A stretch of 63,919 nt of DNA, the filler included, from Phoronis australis (taxonomy: Eukaryota; Animalia; Phoronida), in assembly GCA_002633005.1 (NCBI GenBank). It is 3 parts of 3 records of this genome, joined end to end, with 100 filler letters (N's around TTAATTAATTAA, not from the genome) between each part and the next. Parts side by side here need not be neighbours in the genome. Positions count along the whole stretch, not along the records: positions 1 to 31,352 come from NMRA01001282.1; positions 31,453 to 62,398 come from NMRA01000115.1; 1 more part is not named here. One strand, written 5' to 3'. A program made the translations under genes and the position numbers. Below are positions 26,324 to 38,709 of this stretch, piece after piece. A model generated the notes under the pieces. That model saw only the letters and a list, made by a program, of their open reading frames with translations. It was not told the DNA's origin and did no database searches. The stretch's first letter is position 1; each line of letters opens with the position of its first letter.

Positions 26324-27218
26324 AGTCGGCAAGTTTTCGCCCTGTGATGAGCACAATTTTTTGAAAAATTATCGTAATTTAACAACGGAAGTTGATAGCA
26401 ATGCACCACAATTTTGTAGAAAGGCTGTCATAGGCTACAAATACGTCACAGAGCGTAAATTTGATGAATCCTAGCTTCCGATTTTACCCGTTTGGGAAAC
26501 CGGGTTTCAACTGCCGTAGGCTCACTACAATAAGCGTCCCCTCCCCGTGAAATGAATTTTTCTAAGCGTTTGTTTGAGCCAATACAGTATACAGCTTTCC
26601 ACCAAGGCTAGGTGATGCAAGACATTATTACTTGTTCTTTGTTGCCTTATAGTAACTGGTCTTGGCTATTTATCATTTTATGGCCTGGTCATCCATTCAG
26701 CCCAAAGTAGTTCCAGAGGTGGCTTATCAGCCAATTATTCACGCATGCTGACTCACAATAGAAGCCTGATAAGAGTGAAGGTGGATAAATGTGGTGTTCT
26801 TACAGTTTCTTGTTTTAGTGGATGTGTTCACGACATGTATGGCTAGTGAGTTGGTCATTGTTTTTGCTCATTGAAAGTAGTAACAAGATGTTTAGCTGAT
26901 GATGTCACTTAATTATTTTTGCATGCATAGTTACCCAGGGACTTATAAGTCATGAGAACCAAATGTGTCTGCTTTCACCTGTAAATGTTCTTTGTAATGA
27001 CGAGGGGGAACTCACTTACTTGGTAATGTCAGTGAAGCAAGTTTCCTTGCCTAATGGTATAGAATTCTAATCACACAAATAACAACCACAGCCATGTTGA
27101 TGAACTGTTTTCATTTCTGTGTTAAAAAGAGGATCTGTTTGCATCAGCACCACCTTGTGAGTGAATATCGAGTTGCCCATTATTTTGATTGAGTATTCTT
27201 GGTGTTGCTATTTTGTAG

Positions 27219-27308
27219 ATAGGAATGAGGCAGCAATACAATCTCGGCAGGTTCTTCCGTGAGCGCTTTAATGGTTTTATTAACGATACATACTACAGAC
27301 ACTCCGAG
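27219..27308 (+). CDS. ACP2: Histidine acid phosphatase coding exon 3
   Basis: Acceptor ttttgtag|, donor GAG|GTAAG; IGMRQQYNLGRFFRERFNGFINDTYYRHSE fits the family GxxQxYxLGxxxRxRY motif. Confidence 0.92.
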
Positions 27309-27689
27309 GTAAGATGTGTGTACGCTGTTGTTGGATGCGTTTCGAAGACGTGTGGTCCACTCGTAACCATTGACATGACCATGTGTAAGTGAAGCCACTG
27401 TGTCTTTAAGTCCTACGATAAGCATACGATGTTTGTGCGAAAATAATTTTCGAAAGTCTCATGTCAGTCTCTTGTTAGTCAGGTGTCGTTCAACATTAAT
27501 TGCCATTGTTGAAGCTCTACTTAAGGCTTTGAACATGTTCTTTATTATTTCAACATTGACAGTTTTATGGCAGATCCAAATCTCAGAGCTGTCATGCACT
27601 GTTTGCGACTGTCGCACAACAGTCTCTCTTTCGTTGCCTCAATAAAATCGCGCAACCAAAAAATCGTAAAATGCTATTTTTATGTGGCC

Positions 27690-28130
27690 ACATACATATG
27701 TGATCACGTATTACTATCAGATCCTTCCTCTATCAGTCCATTCGTCCGCCATTATCAGTCCATCCGTCCGCCATTATCAATCCATCTGTCTGCCATTATC
27801 ATTCCATCTGTCCGCCATTATCAGTCCATCCGTCCAGGATTTGCGTTTTTTTTATGTTCTCGGTTTCTTAGGTATCATGATATTCGGGTAGGTTTCTGCT
27901 AAGGAGATGATAAAACCTTGATATTTTCAGATGGATTCGATCACCTTGCGGTCATTTCAATTATTCTCAAGTCTGAAGAGCACGACTGACTATGATTTTT
28001 TTAACAGGTCCAATTACGGCAGAGTCCCCTAGTGGCAAGTTTGGTTTTCTTTGCATTTGCCGTCATATCTACCAAGTTCCGTGATGGACGTTCATGCAAT
28101 TCGACAAATATGCTAGTATTGTCATAGACT
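27690..28130 (-). mobile_element. Degenerate inverted HINE-like copy with (TCCG/TCCA)-rich minisatellite
   Basis: About 23-bp CCATTATCAGTCCATCCGTCCG repeats at 27715-27835 and an inverted core motif CCCCTAGTGGCAA at about 28026. Confidence 0.5.
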
Positions 28131-28449
28131 GTAATACATGGTCTGCCAACTCCGTATATTTTCAATGAACAAAATGTATGATCTTAACGGGTGAGCCATG
28201 ATGTCACTATTCACTAGCAACACCTGGCAGACAAAGTACGTTTCACTACCGGCAAGCACGTCATCTACTTATCATGGTTGGCTGTTGTGTGGTCGGGTAG
28301 TAGCATTGCGAAAAGTACTTACGGTTCCTAGAGTTCTATTATTGAAAGACTGAACAGCGTTTCAATGCTGAGATTATTATTTTTTTATTGGACTGGACAC
28401 TAAAATAAATGCAAGAATATCCGGTCACAATACACTAACTGGAAGCTGA

Positions 28450-30250
28450 GTTTGCTATGTTTAGAGGGTGGTGCCTCTTCTAGGCTATTCTGCAAGAAAT
28501 TTCAAGAGTTGCGAATCTGTTACCTATAATCCATGGTATCATACAGCCTCTTTTTTGTCATACATGTAGAACTTGGTTGAAAGGTGGCAGGTGTGTTCCT
28601 ATTGAGGAGAGTATTGCAGAATTGCTTTGCACCCCCTAGAGGTTGTTTTAAGTTTAGTACTACTCCCCTTTGTCTGGACTGAAATTATGATCATACCTTG
28701 TATCTTGCCGTATGCGATGCTCGCATTGGGTGCATATCAAAGCTAGATGTGTTGCTCTTGCTAACTATGTCTACTTCTGCTTTGTATGGCTTTTTATTCT
28801 GTTTTTCTGGTCATTCAATGTGAAATCGACCAAAGTAATTGTCAGATGTCACCACGCATCTTAGTTTTACACGTTCAGACTTCGGGGAGTGTAAACAGCT
28901 GCCATTTTTTTTCTCTCAACTTTCCATCATTTGGGAAAAATACATTATCAAAAATGGTTTGCCACACCTTTTTGCCCCGAGGTGATATTTTTTGTTAGGC
29001 ATTTTCATATCTTGAGAGTTACTTTTTAGTAAACTCTTGGCTAGTCATCTATTTGCATGATTTTTTGTGCTCGCATTTACAAGTTGTCAATGAATACAAC
29101 TGCACTTTGTTTAGCGTAGATTATGTTCAAACAGCTTCGTCGTTTAGTTCCCGCTTTGCATAGCATAGTTAGGAGCATGCAATTATATCTTTAAGCGTGT
29201 GACAATTACTGCAACATCAAATATGTTATTTTCTTCTTTAATTTCAGGCTGATCCTTATAATTGTAAGGTTATTTGATTATTAGACTTAACTTCATAATC
29301 AGCTCTATATACATTCACTCTCTGGGTGTAAAATTATGTTCTTGTAGCCAGAGCTTCAAAAATATTTCTGCTAACGGAAGGCCTGGAAGGCCTGGCTGCA
29401 GTTCTGTGCACTGTCCAATCTTTAAGGCCACCACCAGCACTCTGTGTCGCATAGTTTACCTGTCTGAAGTCTTATAGATGCAAGAATCTTGCTAAGGAAT
29501 CTAATGCAGATATGCTTCTCTTGTAATACTTCACAATATCTGGCAAAGTTTTGCGAGTTCTTGCTTTTCTTGCAAGAAACTAGGTCTACCCAACGCACGC
29601 CTGCTATTTGTAGTTCTTGGAAGGTTGCCAATCATCTGATCACTTAAGACGGAATCACTTGCCATTGTATTTAGGCTTATAGGACCCAAACATTTAGCGG
29701 TTTGACCAGAGTAATAAATTATGATTCCAGCCACTGGGTTTCCGATCCCTTATTTTGATCCGATGTCAGATCATGATAGGTATGACTTCAATCTCATGTC
29801 AGTCTACCACACTTGTTGTTCAAAGGAACATCTCTCACTGATCAATAAGTGGATTAAATTGCTTTTAAATTTTGCATAAAGCCCGTGAAAAATGAAAACT
29901 CGGTCTCGGTGTTGTGCACGTAAAACATGCTGATCGGTTTCAAGTCCTTGTCTTCAGCCAGGTTATGGCATAAATGGACTTAGAAGTGTAGCCTTAATTA
30001 TCATGCAAAATGATATGACTTGTACCAGTTCAAAGAAATGAAGTTAAAAGTTGATGCCAAAAGCATTTAACAAATGTTTAGACCAAATCCTAGTTTATCC
30101 TTCAGTTGTGTAAAAAGCAATAACCCACTGAGCTTATCGCCGTCTCAGGAGCCTCGACTGGCAGACAACATGTATCTGATTTGGTCGCTACGCCACCACG
30201 CAAATTAGTTTCAGAAAGTACTCCAATAAAGATGCAAAAACTTGTAAATG
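28450..30250 (-). mobile_element. Highly decayed CR1/L2-like LINE fragment
   Basis: Minus-strand remnants resembling FPxxWK (about 28930), KAFD (about 28740) and GVPQGS (about 28630) in the correct order; many stops. Boundaries approximate. Confidence 0.45.
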
Positions 30251-30437
30251 ACTACTTCCTGTTTGTAAAATAATTTTTCCCAATGTTGAAGAGGTGGCTC
30301 CGCAAAGTGGGAGAAAGTTATTTCACAATAAGTTGCAGAAGTTCCAATTACTCTTTTTTGCATCTAGTTACTCAACTGGATAAATGATCTGTAATATCCT
30401 TTGTCTACCCCATTAACAAGTTAGTGTTTGTTGGGAA

Positions 30438-30472
30438 ATATGATGTAATATGATGTAATATGATGTAATATG
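30438..30472. repeat. Short (AATATGATGT)n tandem repeat
   Basis: About 3.5 units directly visible. Confidence 0.9.
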
Positions 30473-30581
30473 TGTCCTAGCCTAAAATGAGCTGTCAAGA
30501 TCATTTTCAATCAAGTTGAAGATGGTCACATGGCTTGCTCTAGTGACCTCTGTGAGTTTCACTGTCTAACTCGTCTTGCAG

Positions 30582-30737
30582 ATCGCTATCAGGAGTACAG
30601 ATGTAGACAGGACATTGATGAGTGCCTACTCTGACCTTAGCGGTCTCTTCCCACCCCACGGTTATCAGATATGGAATGAGAAAATACCCAACTGGCAGCC
30701 TGTACCCGTACATACATACAACAAGTCTACTGATACC
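30582..30737 (+). CDS. ACP2: Histidine acid phosphatase coding exon 4
   Basis: Acceptor cttgcag|, donor ACC|GTAAGT; [52 protein letters not shown] contains [12 protein letters not shown] and WQPVPVHT. Confidence 0.95.
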
Positions 30738-31131
30738 GTAAGTGCTGAAGTCTCCTTGAGACTACGCTTGACTAAAGAGTACTTCTATTAACTGTTACTC
30801 TGGTTGAGGGAGACACCTCCGTGCCTTGAATAGTGAATGTTGACACAATGGTAGTGGCAGTTTTAAAAGACGGATGCATGAGATTTCCTGGTATAGCATC
30901 ACTTTTAGAGGCAAACATTTGTGACTGCTCTTCGCTACCGTGGAAACGTAATGCAGGACCACATGGGGAGATGATTCAATGGTAACCTGCAGTTTGAGTT
31001 TTGTTTGGTAGTGTGCAGGTGTGGTGATGGCATAGTAAATTTGAGTCGAGACCTGTTGGTGGGGGGTGACATCTAGTGTCTAATGTTAATAGTGTCTTTA
31101 CTGCACTTGATGGGTATGTTTTCATTTTCAG

Positions 31132-31227
31132 CTCTTGCGTTGGGATGTCAAGTGTAAGAAGGTTGACGAGCTCATGGCGGAAACTTGGAGTTCAGATGAG
31201 GTTTTGGATCAAGAAAAGGCTGATAAA
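31132..31227 (+). CDS. ACP2: Histidine acid phosphatase coding exon 5 (remaining exons absent, gene cut by linker)
   Basis: Acceptor ttcattttcag|, donor AAA|GTTAGT; LLRWDVKCKKVDELMAETWSSDEVLDQEKADK, phase 0 like the other exons, with a Cys at the expected position. Confidence 0.8.
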
Positions 31228-31352
31228 GTTAGTATTAGTCTCACAACCGCTTTATTTCAGGGCTTGGAATTTTCCACGGAAACGCGGATTTCCGCTTTTT
31301 TCAAATGTGCTTTCCGCTTTTTTTTATAATATTTCCGCGTAAAAAAATCGGA

Positions 31353-31452
31353 NNNNNNNNNNNNNNNNNNNNNNNNNNNNNNNNNNNNNNNNNNNNTTAA
31401 TTAATTAANNNNNNNNNNNNNNNNNNNNNNNNNNNNNNNNNNNNNNNNNNNN
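31353..31452. other. Artificial scaffold-concatenation linker
   Basis: 44 N + TTAATTAATTAA (31397-31408, stops in all six frames) + 44 N = 100 nt. Confidence 0.95.
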
Positions 31453-31580
31453 GTGTGTGCGCGCGCGCGTGTGTGTGTGTCTGTGTTTGCGTGTCTGTGT
31501 CTGTGTTTCTGCGTGTATTTCTGCGTGTGTGTGTGTCTGTCTGTCTGTGTGTGTGTGCGTGTGTGTTTCTGTGTGTGTGT
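31453..31580. repeat. Compound (GT)n microsatellite
   Basis: Directly visible at the segment start. Confidence 0.95.
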
Positions 31581-32600
31581 TCATTTGTGCACTGGTTACC
31601 TGTTGCTCATATACTTTTTTGTTAATTCGGTTTCTGAGCAGTGAATGTTATCCTTGGTATTTAACTACAGTGTATACCCGTGAAGCAAACTTTAAAAAAT
31701 TAAAAAATTGTCTTGTAAAAGACTCCAATTCAATTATTTGTGTTACTGTCAGCGTACACTGTACTTGCCAATTGTCGCAGTCTTGGCGGACTATCCCATT
31801 TTTAATGTTCGCCGCCTTCCCGCCACACACTTTTCTAGAGACGGCGCAATTGAAATATTATCACACATACGTACGTGTAGCCCTATTTTCCAGTTCGACT
31901 AAAATAAAAAAACGGGACGTTTCATGCGGTTTTGAGGCACCCGCAATTCTCATTCGACTTAAAAACAAAAAAACGCCGTCGTGCGCTTTTGGGTTTTACG
32001 TCTCCCGTTCGACAGAAACCCTGTCGCACGTTTTTATGTGTTGCGGAGAATATTTCACCCTGCATCTTGGCATAGACAAAGATGCCCTGCTTTTTATCTG
32101 GAAATTCCGCTGTTTCTGCAAATTTCGGATAAGTAGTTGGAGTAATTAGTTTATCTTATTTTTTGTAAATGTCACTGCATCCTGGATTTTTACTGGAGAA
32201 CTGAAGGCCAATTAATACATAAAAATGTATAATTTTGAACGAATGCCTGACTAAATTCTTCACCGCAACCGTGAGGGATCCATATTCTAAAATATTTCTG
32301 GCTCCTGTCCGTTTTTAAGTTACTATTACGTCCTGTTATTTTTCGCATTTTGTTAACACACTTGGTCATTTTTAGATTTAAAAAATTAAACCTGTCAAAT
32401 ATGGTATGCGAAATCATTAGTATTCATGAATTAAATTATTTATCGTTTCCATTTGATTTAATCGCACACCATCAAGAACTGATCGATGGCTTTCTAATGA
32501 TACGACTCTAATGGAATTCGGTAAAAAAGCGGGTGAGTTGCGAAACATTTTAGTGACAGTAAACTCCACAGAAATAACTAATACCCGAACAAACGAATAC
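31580..32600 (+). repeat. Dispersed repeat, copy A
   Basis: Colinear reverse-complement similarity to about 42940-44070. Confidence 0.75.
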
Positions 32601-35599
32601 AAAAAAAACAATTATGCAAACCTCACCAGCGCGAGGGGTCGAAAGTTGCATTCCAGGGCTAGAGTTCTGTGGTTATTTCCAATAGTATTTACGGGATGGG
32701 GATCTGCGTGTTTGCAAACTTTCTCCGGATTGCCTCTTATATGTTTTTACACCTTGCAAAATTATGAAGCCATGTAATCATGTAATAAGTCATGTTCACA
32801 ACTGAGCTGCTCCAAGAAGTAATGACTGTAGCTTTTGAAAATGGAGATTGGAAGGCTAATCCGCGAAGCGTACGCTCTTAAAACCAACGTTTTACATGTA
32901 GTTGGTGTTATGTTTAGCAAAGGAGGTGTATCTGGCGTTAATTACACTTCCGTTGGTCATAACTAACTACGTATGGAACATACAAGTAAGCAAAAATAAT
33001 GTAGTCGGCGAAACTGTCTTGTTTCTGCGACACATTCCACCGAGCAAATACAATGACGTGTAGTATTCAATCAACTGAACAGTGATTAACTGACTACAAT
33101 ATCGTTGTGCTCACACCGACCAAATATATTAAGATACAACTTTTTTCACATTAATTTCCACTTAATTGCTTTAGTAAGCAGCTTGAGCTACAACTGTTAA
33201 AATCAAGTTTCTAGTTTTAGTACCCAAAGGTTAGCGTCATTGGATTCGTTTCAAAAATAAAACGGGCTTTAAGAAAATGAGCAGACCATTTGCACCGGGT
33301 TCTAATCTTTACAGCTGCTCGCTAAAGCACCCTCAGGCGTACCCTCTGGCACAGCGCCACCTATACCTATACTGTGGAAACATGTTGAACGACGCACGGA
33401 ATTCTGTGTGTTGTTATCCTTGCGCATGCTTGGTCGGAAGTTTATCGATCACGTCGCCACCACTTGCACACGCCTTCAATGCACTGTACTTGTTTGGGCT
33501 TATCTACGGATCGGGGTTCTTCTGATTTTGTTTACTTCGATTTCTGCCCGTTTTAATATATTGCAACGATTCAAGTCAAAAGTGGTCGCCACACTACGTA
33601 ACAGTAAACCGAGAGCGCTCGGATCTAACGACACTTGGCGCCATTAACCGAAAAGACGACGATGGAGATGATGACGACGATGACGATTATGATAATGAAG
33701 GTGGCGATTATGAACAGCATGATAACATTCATATGGCTAGAGAGGATTAAGTAATCAGTAAGAAGTAGCCCTCACGCAGTGCAACAGTTACACCGTTCAC
33801 AATCAGTGCTAAACTGTTCACAAGAAAAGATGAAACTCTTTAACCAGGGTCGAAGGTTACAACCGTTAATGGACGGTGAAATAGACCGCAGAAATAAAAT
33901 TAGCCAAAACGGAAAAATACAAAACATTTATTTTACTTTGAAAAAAATTAAAATAACATCCAAAACAAGACTTTTGAGCTCTGTTTTGAAAAATAAATTC
34001 GCTAGGTTTTCCTTTTTAACTCCAGAAATTAATCTACATGTAAAAAATAATAATTGTGGTGCAAAAAAGTGACACATCGTAAAAATGTAATAAAAGATTA
34101 CATTGCAGAAATAAATTTCACATGTCAGGAAAACCTGACCATTTAGGAACAAATGATCAAGAAAATGATGACGTCAATCAAATGAAGCAAGATGGATGTG
34201 CTGTATTCGGTTTAATGTCAACATTTTTACATTGGCTTCAGTTGCAAAATCGTCTAAGAGACATCAGAAATTCAATGTCATTATAAAGATATTGCGACTG
34301 TCAGAGAGACACTGCTCAACACTAAGCCCTCGCGTACTTAATACTGACGTCATCACTTTTAGGTTCACGTGCTCCTGGGTGGTCATGTCCTCCCGAATGG
34401 TCAAGCTCTCCTGACATAATTAAATATTTGCTGGCACCTGATTCGGTCTTGGCACAGTACAATACATTTCTGATGAGTCATTTATGTAGAAAATCACGGT
34501 GCTTGTTTTAGTCTAATATCAAGTGAAATTGCTGTTTTTCATTGTTATTTTTAATCCTTTATAGCCAAAATAATATTTTGGTCTTTTTTTAATTTCTGTA
34601 TAAAATATTTGTGATTTGTTTTCGTTTTGGTTTTGCATAGCTGTATAAATCACTTCACTAGTTTTGCATTTATATTGTCTTGATAATGGCCCTAGAAATC
34701 CTGACACATTTCTAGCAAAATGTTAACAAAAATAAGTCAGTAAACGTTGACTTTCCCCTTAAAAGACAGTTGGACTTCGATTGGGAGATAGCTTTTACTT
34801 CAAACTACCATGTACCTTGAATAAGTAATAGGACATAAGCTAAATGATCCCCGTTTTCTTCGTGCGCTGAAGGGGGTATTAATCAGGGTTAAGTACAAAA
34901 AACATAGTTCAAGACTTCTTGTTTCATCTATTATTCGTAACCTCTTGATCGCGGCCAGAGGATAAGAAATATTTTTTTTCTTAATTAGTGTTTTGGGCTG
35001 TTAAATATTCGCCGCCTGTTATTAAAGAATCGCGTGTGTGCGTGTGTGTGATCAATTATGCATTGCAAGAATAACCGAGATTGAGTTGAGGGTGATGTAG
35101 TTGCCGGCAGAGCTGGTCTAATTTGTAGTTTGTAATATTTGTTATCAGGTGCATTGTTCACTCATGCTATGTTCAGTTTGAAGCGTAGCAACAGGTGGGA
35201 ATGACAAGATAGATTGTCGCTGAGGATGTGTTACCATAGTAGTCACGAAAGGTTAATTAATCCTGGGATAGATTTTGTTTAGTACACTTCTTGCTAGAAA
35301 AGTAATAAGACCATAAGATAAATAAGTAAGTCGCCAGACTTTTTTCTGTATCGTCCTCGTCTTAATTCATGGGCCACTATTTTTCTTGCCGCTGTATATA
35401 AGACTGGTTTACTTACATGTGTGTGTGTGCGTGTGTGTGTGCGTGTGCGCGTGCGTTTATGAGTATTTGTATGTATATGATTTTGTGTATGTATATTCTT
35501 ATAAGAGAATGTCAATACATCTATCTATCACTTAAGACCGCTCAAAAGCATGCGAGTGAAAGCATTCGGAATACCTCGGGTATTTTCATAGGCTCAGGC

Positions 35600-38310
35600 T
35601 TCACCCTGAAGCTGAATGTTATCAAAGCATATGCAAATTTCAGTCATACGGCCAATCAGTCTTCAGTGTGAATGTGACATGACTTGCAGTATGACTGCAG
35701 TTATTACTTGTGCAGAAAATGTAAATCTCGGAGGGACAATTTGATCCTACAGACATAAGCGAGGTTTTCCGAATGCAGTGAAATGTGAGCGGGTGAAGTT
35801 ACCTATCCCGATTTCATTAAAAATTGGCGCATGCTAGGTTGGCAAGGCATTTTAAGTTTTGTATTGCGTGTGAAGACTACAAATGGTATTTTGGGGTGCA
35901 ATGTAGTCCGGTAGTTTGAGCTCCGGACCCCCCCATTTTGGGGACTTGGGTTCAACCCTTGGGATTTCTGACGAACAAATTCGAGCATTGAACAGAAATA
36001 TGAGGTCATTAAACTTTCTGACTTCAATGTTCGCTGTAGATGCGTGCAAGGGAGTGTTTCGGAACCTGGATATAATGCGAAATGGATTTCCGAGAGTGCG
36101 CTAACGTTTAAATGAAAGCGTTCCAAAGAGCGACACTTGGAGAAATCGAATGTAGGACTTACAATAGAGGCTCCCAACGACAAGAAGCATACCTACGACC
36201 ACGACATCCGTGATAACGATGGCACTGACAACAACACCAACGATGCCGTCAGGAACTCGAAGTCTGACACTGGGTCAACAGCGACGTCAACACTACAAAT
36301 CACAATTATAATGTCACGCATCATCAGTGTCCATGGTGCGCTTAAGTGGCGTGAGCAAACAATATAAGGAGAGGCGTTTCCAATTATCCGTAATTAGAAC
36401 ATTGAAAATGCGTAATTGCTGCTTCGTTTATTTGAACCTGGACTGTGTAACAATTAGAGATGATGTATTATACATTTACTGATGAGATCTTTGAATCGTA
36501 TCGGATGAATAGTAGATTTTGGCTGGCACGTGGTGACTTTGACTTTTAAACAGCGTCAAAGAGGTTTTCTTCGAATATGCATCATTTTGTACGAACGCAT
36601 GAAAACATGAAAAAGCATTGGTCATCGCAAAGCGCATATATCTGCATGCATCACGCACTTATGGAAACAAGGCACAAATCGTAACGAGATACTTATAACA
36701 TATTTCAGATAATCCTGGTAACCACTCCGAGCAATGGAGCTGACGCTAACATCCCAACAACGACGGCAGCACTGACAATGACTACGATATCGCTACCTGT
36801 GAAAATGACACCGCCTGAAGACGCCATTGCCGACAGCCACATCGACGAGTCGCCAGTGATAAAGGAGACCAACCACAGTATTGGTGTAGTTGGAACTGTC
36901 ATTGACGATGCCAGCAACGTTGGCGCATACATGCAACGACTAACCACACTGACAACTCGAGAGCACATTCAGTAGCTACAACAAACCGACATCGAGACCG
37001 CAGCCGCCACTGACGATGGTGAGCATGTAGATGATCAGATGAAGGATGGATGATACTGAAAGTAGAGCGCTCTGAGTAGAACAATGAGCACCACCCCGAT
37101 GCCTAATGCACCAACTTACAGTTATTGAAAACCCAGCAAAACTAAATTGAAGAATCAGTAGGTAAAAAAGCAGCCATCAAATCAGAAAATGTCAAGTAAA
37201 TCGAGAACGACAAGTCATACGGAGAAACCAATAACGCACTGCGAATAGCTCTTGATGAGATCGGTATTCGTATCAAATTTCAGAAGGTTACAATGACATC
37301 TTATGTCCGATTTTGCCACAAACCGAATCCTGGAGCTTTTGACGACATTAATAGTTTGTGTTTATTTCATGTCGAGAAGACCTGTAGCACGAGTATGGTG
37401 TACCAATAAACGTGCAGTGAGGAGTAAGTCATCGGATCAGCAACAGATTTCATGCTGCAGATAGCGTTTGACGAGATCACCCACATAACAAATGTAAAAC
37501 AGATTCGTCAAGAGACGCCGGAGATACGGCACAAAAACTCATCGGATAAACTCAAGAAATTCGTCTACGGTAGTCTATAGCGAGAACAGGTACACATTTC
37601 CTTTAACGCTAGACGGTCAAGCGACCGCGGAGCGATTAAAAGACCACCCCTTTGTTTAAGTAGTTAAGGTTTATAACAATTTTGTGTTGTGAGCTTTTGT
37701 TGTTTTCCCGTTGCAATGAGAAACTGAATTTCTTTGCGAAGCATAGTGGATGTGACAGTTATTAATGCTTTGGGTAACAAAAACGTGAAGTATTATTGTT
37801 TGCTTTAAGAAACTGCCGAAGTATTCTAAACAACAACCAAGAACAGTCACTTGTCTCTTTCTTGCTTTCTTTACGTCTCTGTCGAATATTTTCAACCTTC
37901 ACGGATAAATGAAACCCGCATATTCTGTTCTGCTAGGCGTGCCTGGAAGCTTTTCAATAATCTACCTTTGAGATGGTGGATTGTGTTACCATTGTATTTC
38001 AGCGACAGAGATATTGGTAATTGCGTGTCATCAGTTATAACAGTCTACTGAATACGTTTTACTAGTGTTTTACATTTACGATGAAAAGAAATTCTTCTAC
38101 TGTCGTATCGAAATATTGCCAGTGTATTCCTGCTACCCACAATGCAGGCACCAATATTACGGTAAAAAATCTTCAGTTTTGGCGCACATTATGGCGAACA
38201 GATGCAATTTTATTTCGTCAAATTTCTCGGCAGTAATAATTTTCAGAAAATTTTGCTTGGCTTCTAGCATGGTTTGTATGGCGTAGCTATTACCAAACAA
38301 CATTGGTAAG
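35600..38310 (+). pseudogene. Possible decayed Cys-rich / Thr-rich / 7TM (adhesion-GPCR-like) gene
   Basis: Frameshifted remnants in order: QCECDMTC..DC (somatomedin-B-like, about 35665), Thr-rich stretches (36175-36300; 36709-36975 after a tttcag acceptor) and hydrophobic pieces (37850-38290). Many stops; identity is inference only. Confidence 0.3.
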
Positions 38311-38709
38311 ATTTTGAGTGTTTGCAAGAATGTGGTAATCCTCTAAAAATAAAAATATGACAATTTTAGCGATCATTTTCCTAAGTTGAAGAGTACTTGC
38401 CGTACCCCTGGTGGTTCCTAGCTCCTATACTGTAGATCGACTTCCTCATTTTTCCTTTTGCAGTGATCATACTTTTATGTTACTATGAGGGTCTCATAGT
38501 GTTGAAATGGGTTGGCTTATTGTAAAACGAGAACGTATTTCAAGCAGCCAGCAGTTCATACATGACTACAATGTCTTATTGAGAAACGTGTTCCACGCAG
38601 CCAGCAGTTCAGTTTATAACGGATGTGAGTAAACAGGTTACATCTATTCAAATTCAACTGCTACCTTACCGAGCAGACGATCCTTTACGTAACATTTTCT
38701 AGATTCTGC

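Noticed and set aside
31228-31352. Acid phosphatase as a truncated pseudogene
   Set aside because: All five exons are intact with canonical splice sites; the truncation coincides with the scaffold end.
31397-31408. TTAATTAATTAA palindrome (also 62443-62454) as a biological site
   Set aside because: Centred in identical 100-nt N spacers, so it is an artificial six-frame-stop linker.
31453-32149. 230-aa Cys/Val-rich ORF
   Set aside because: It starts in a (GT)n microsatellite and continues through a dispersed repeat whose second copy shows no matching ORF.
35930-36010. Death-domain-like DLGSTLGISDEQIRAL
   Set aside because: Too short, with no continuation of the remaining helices in frame.
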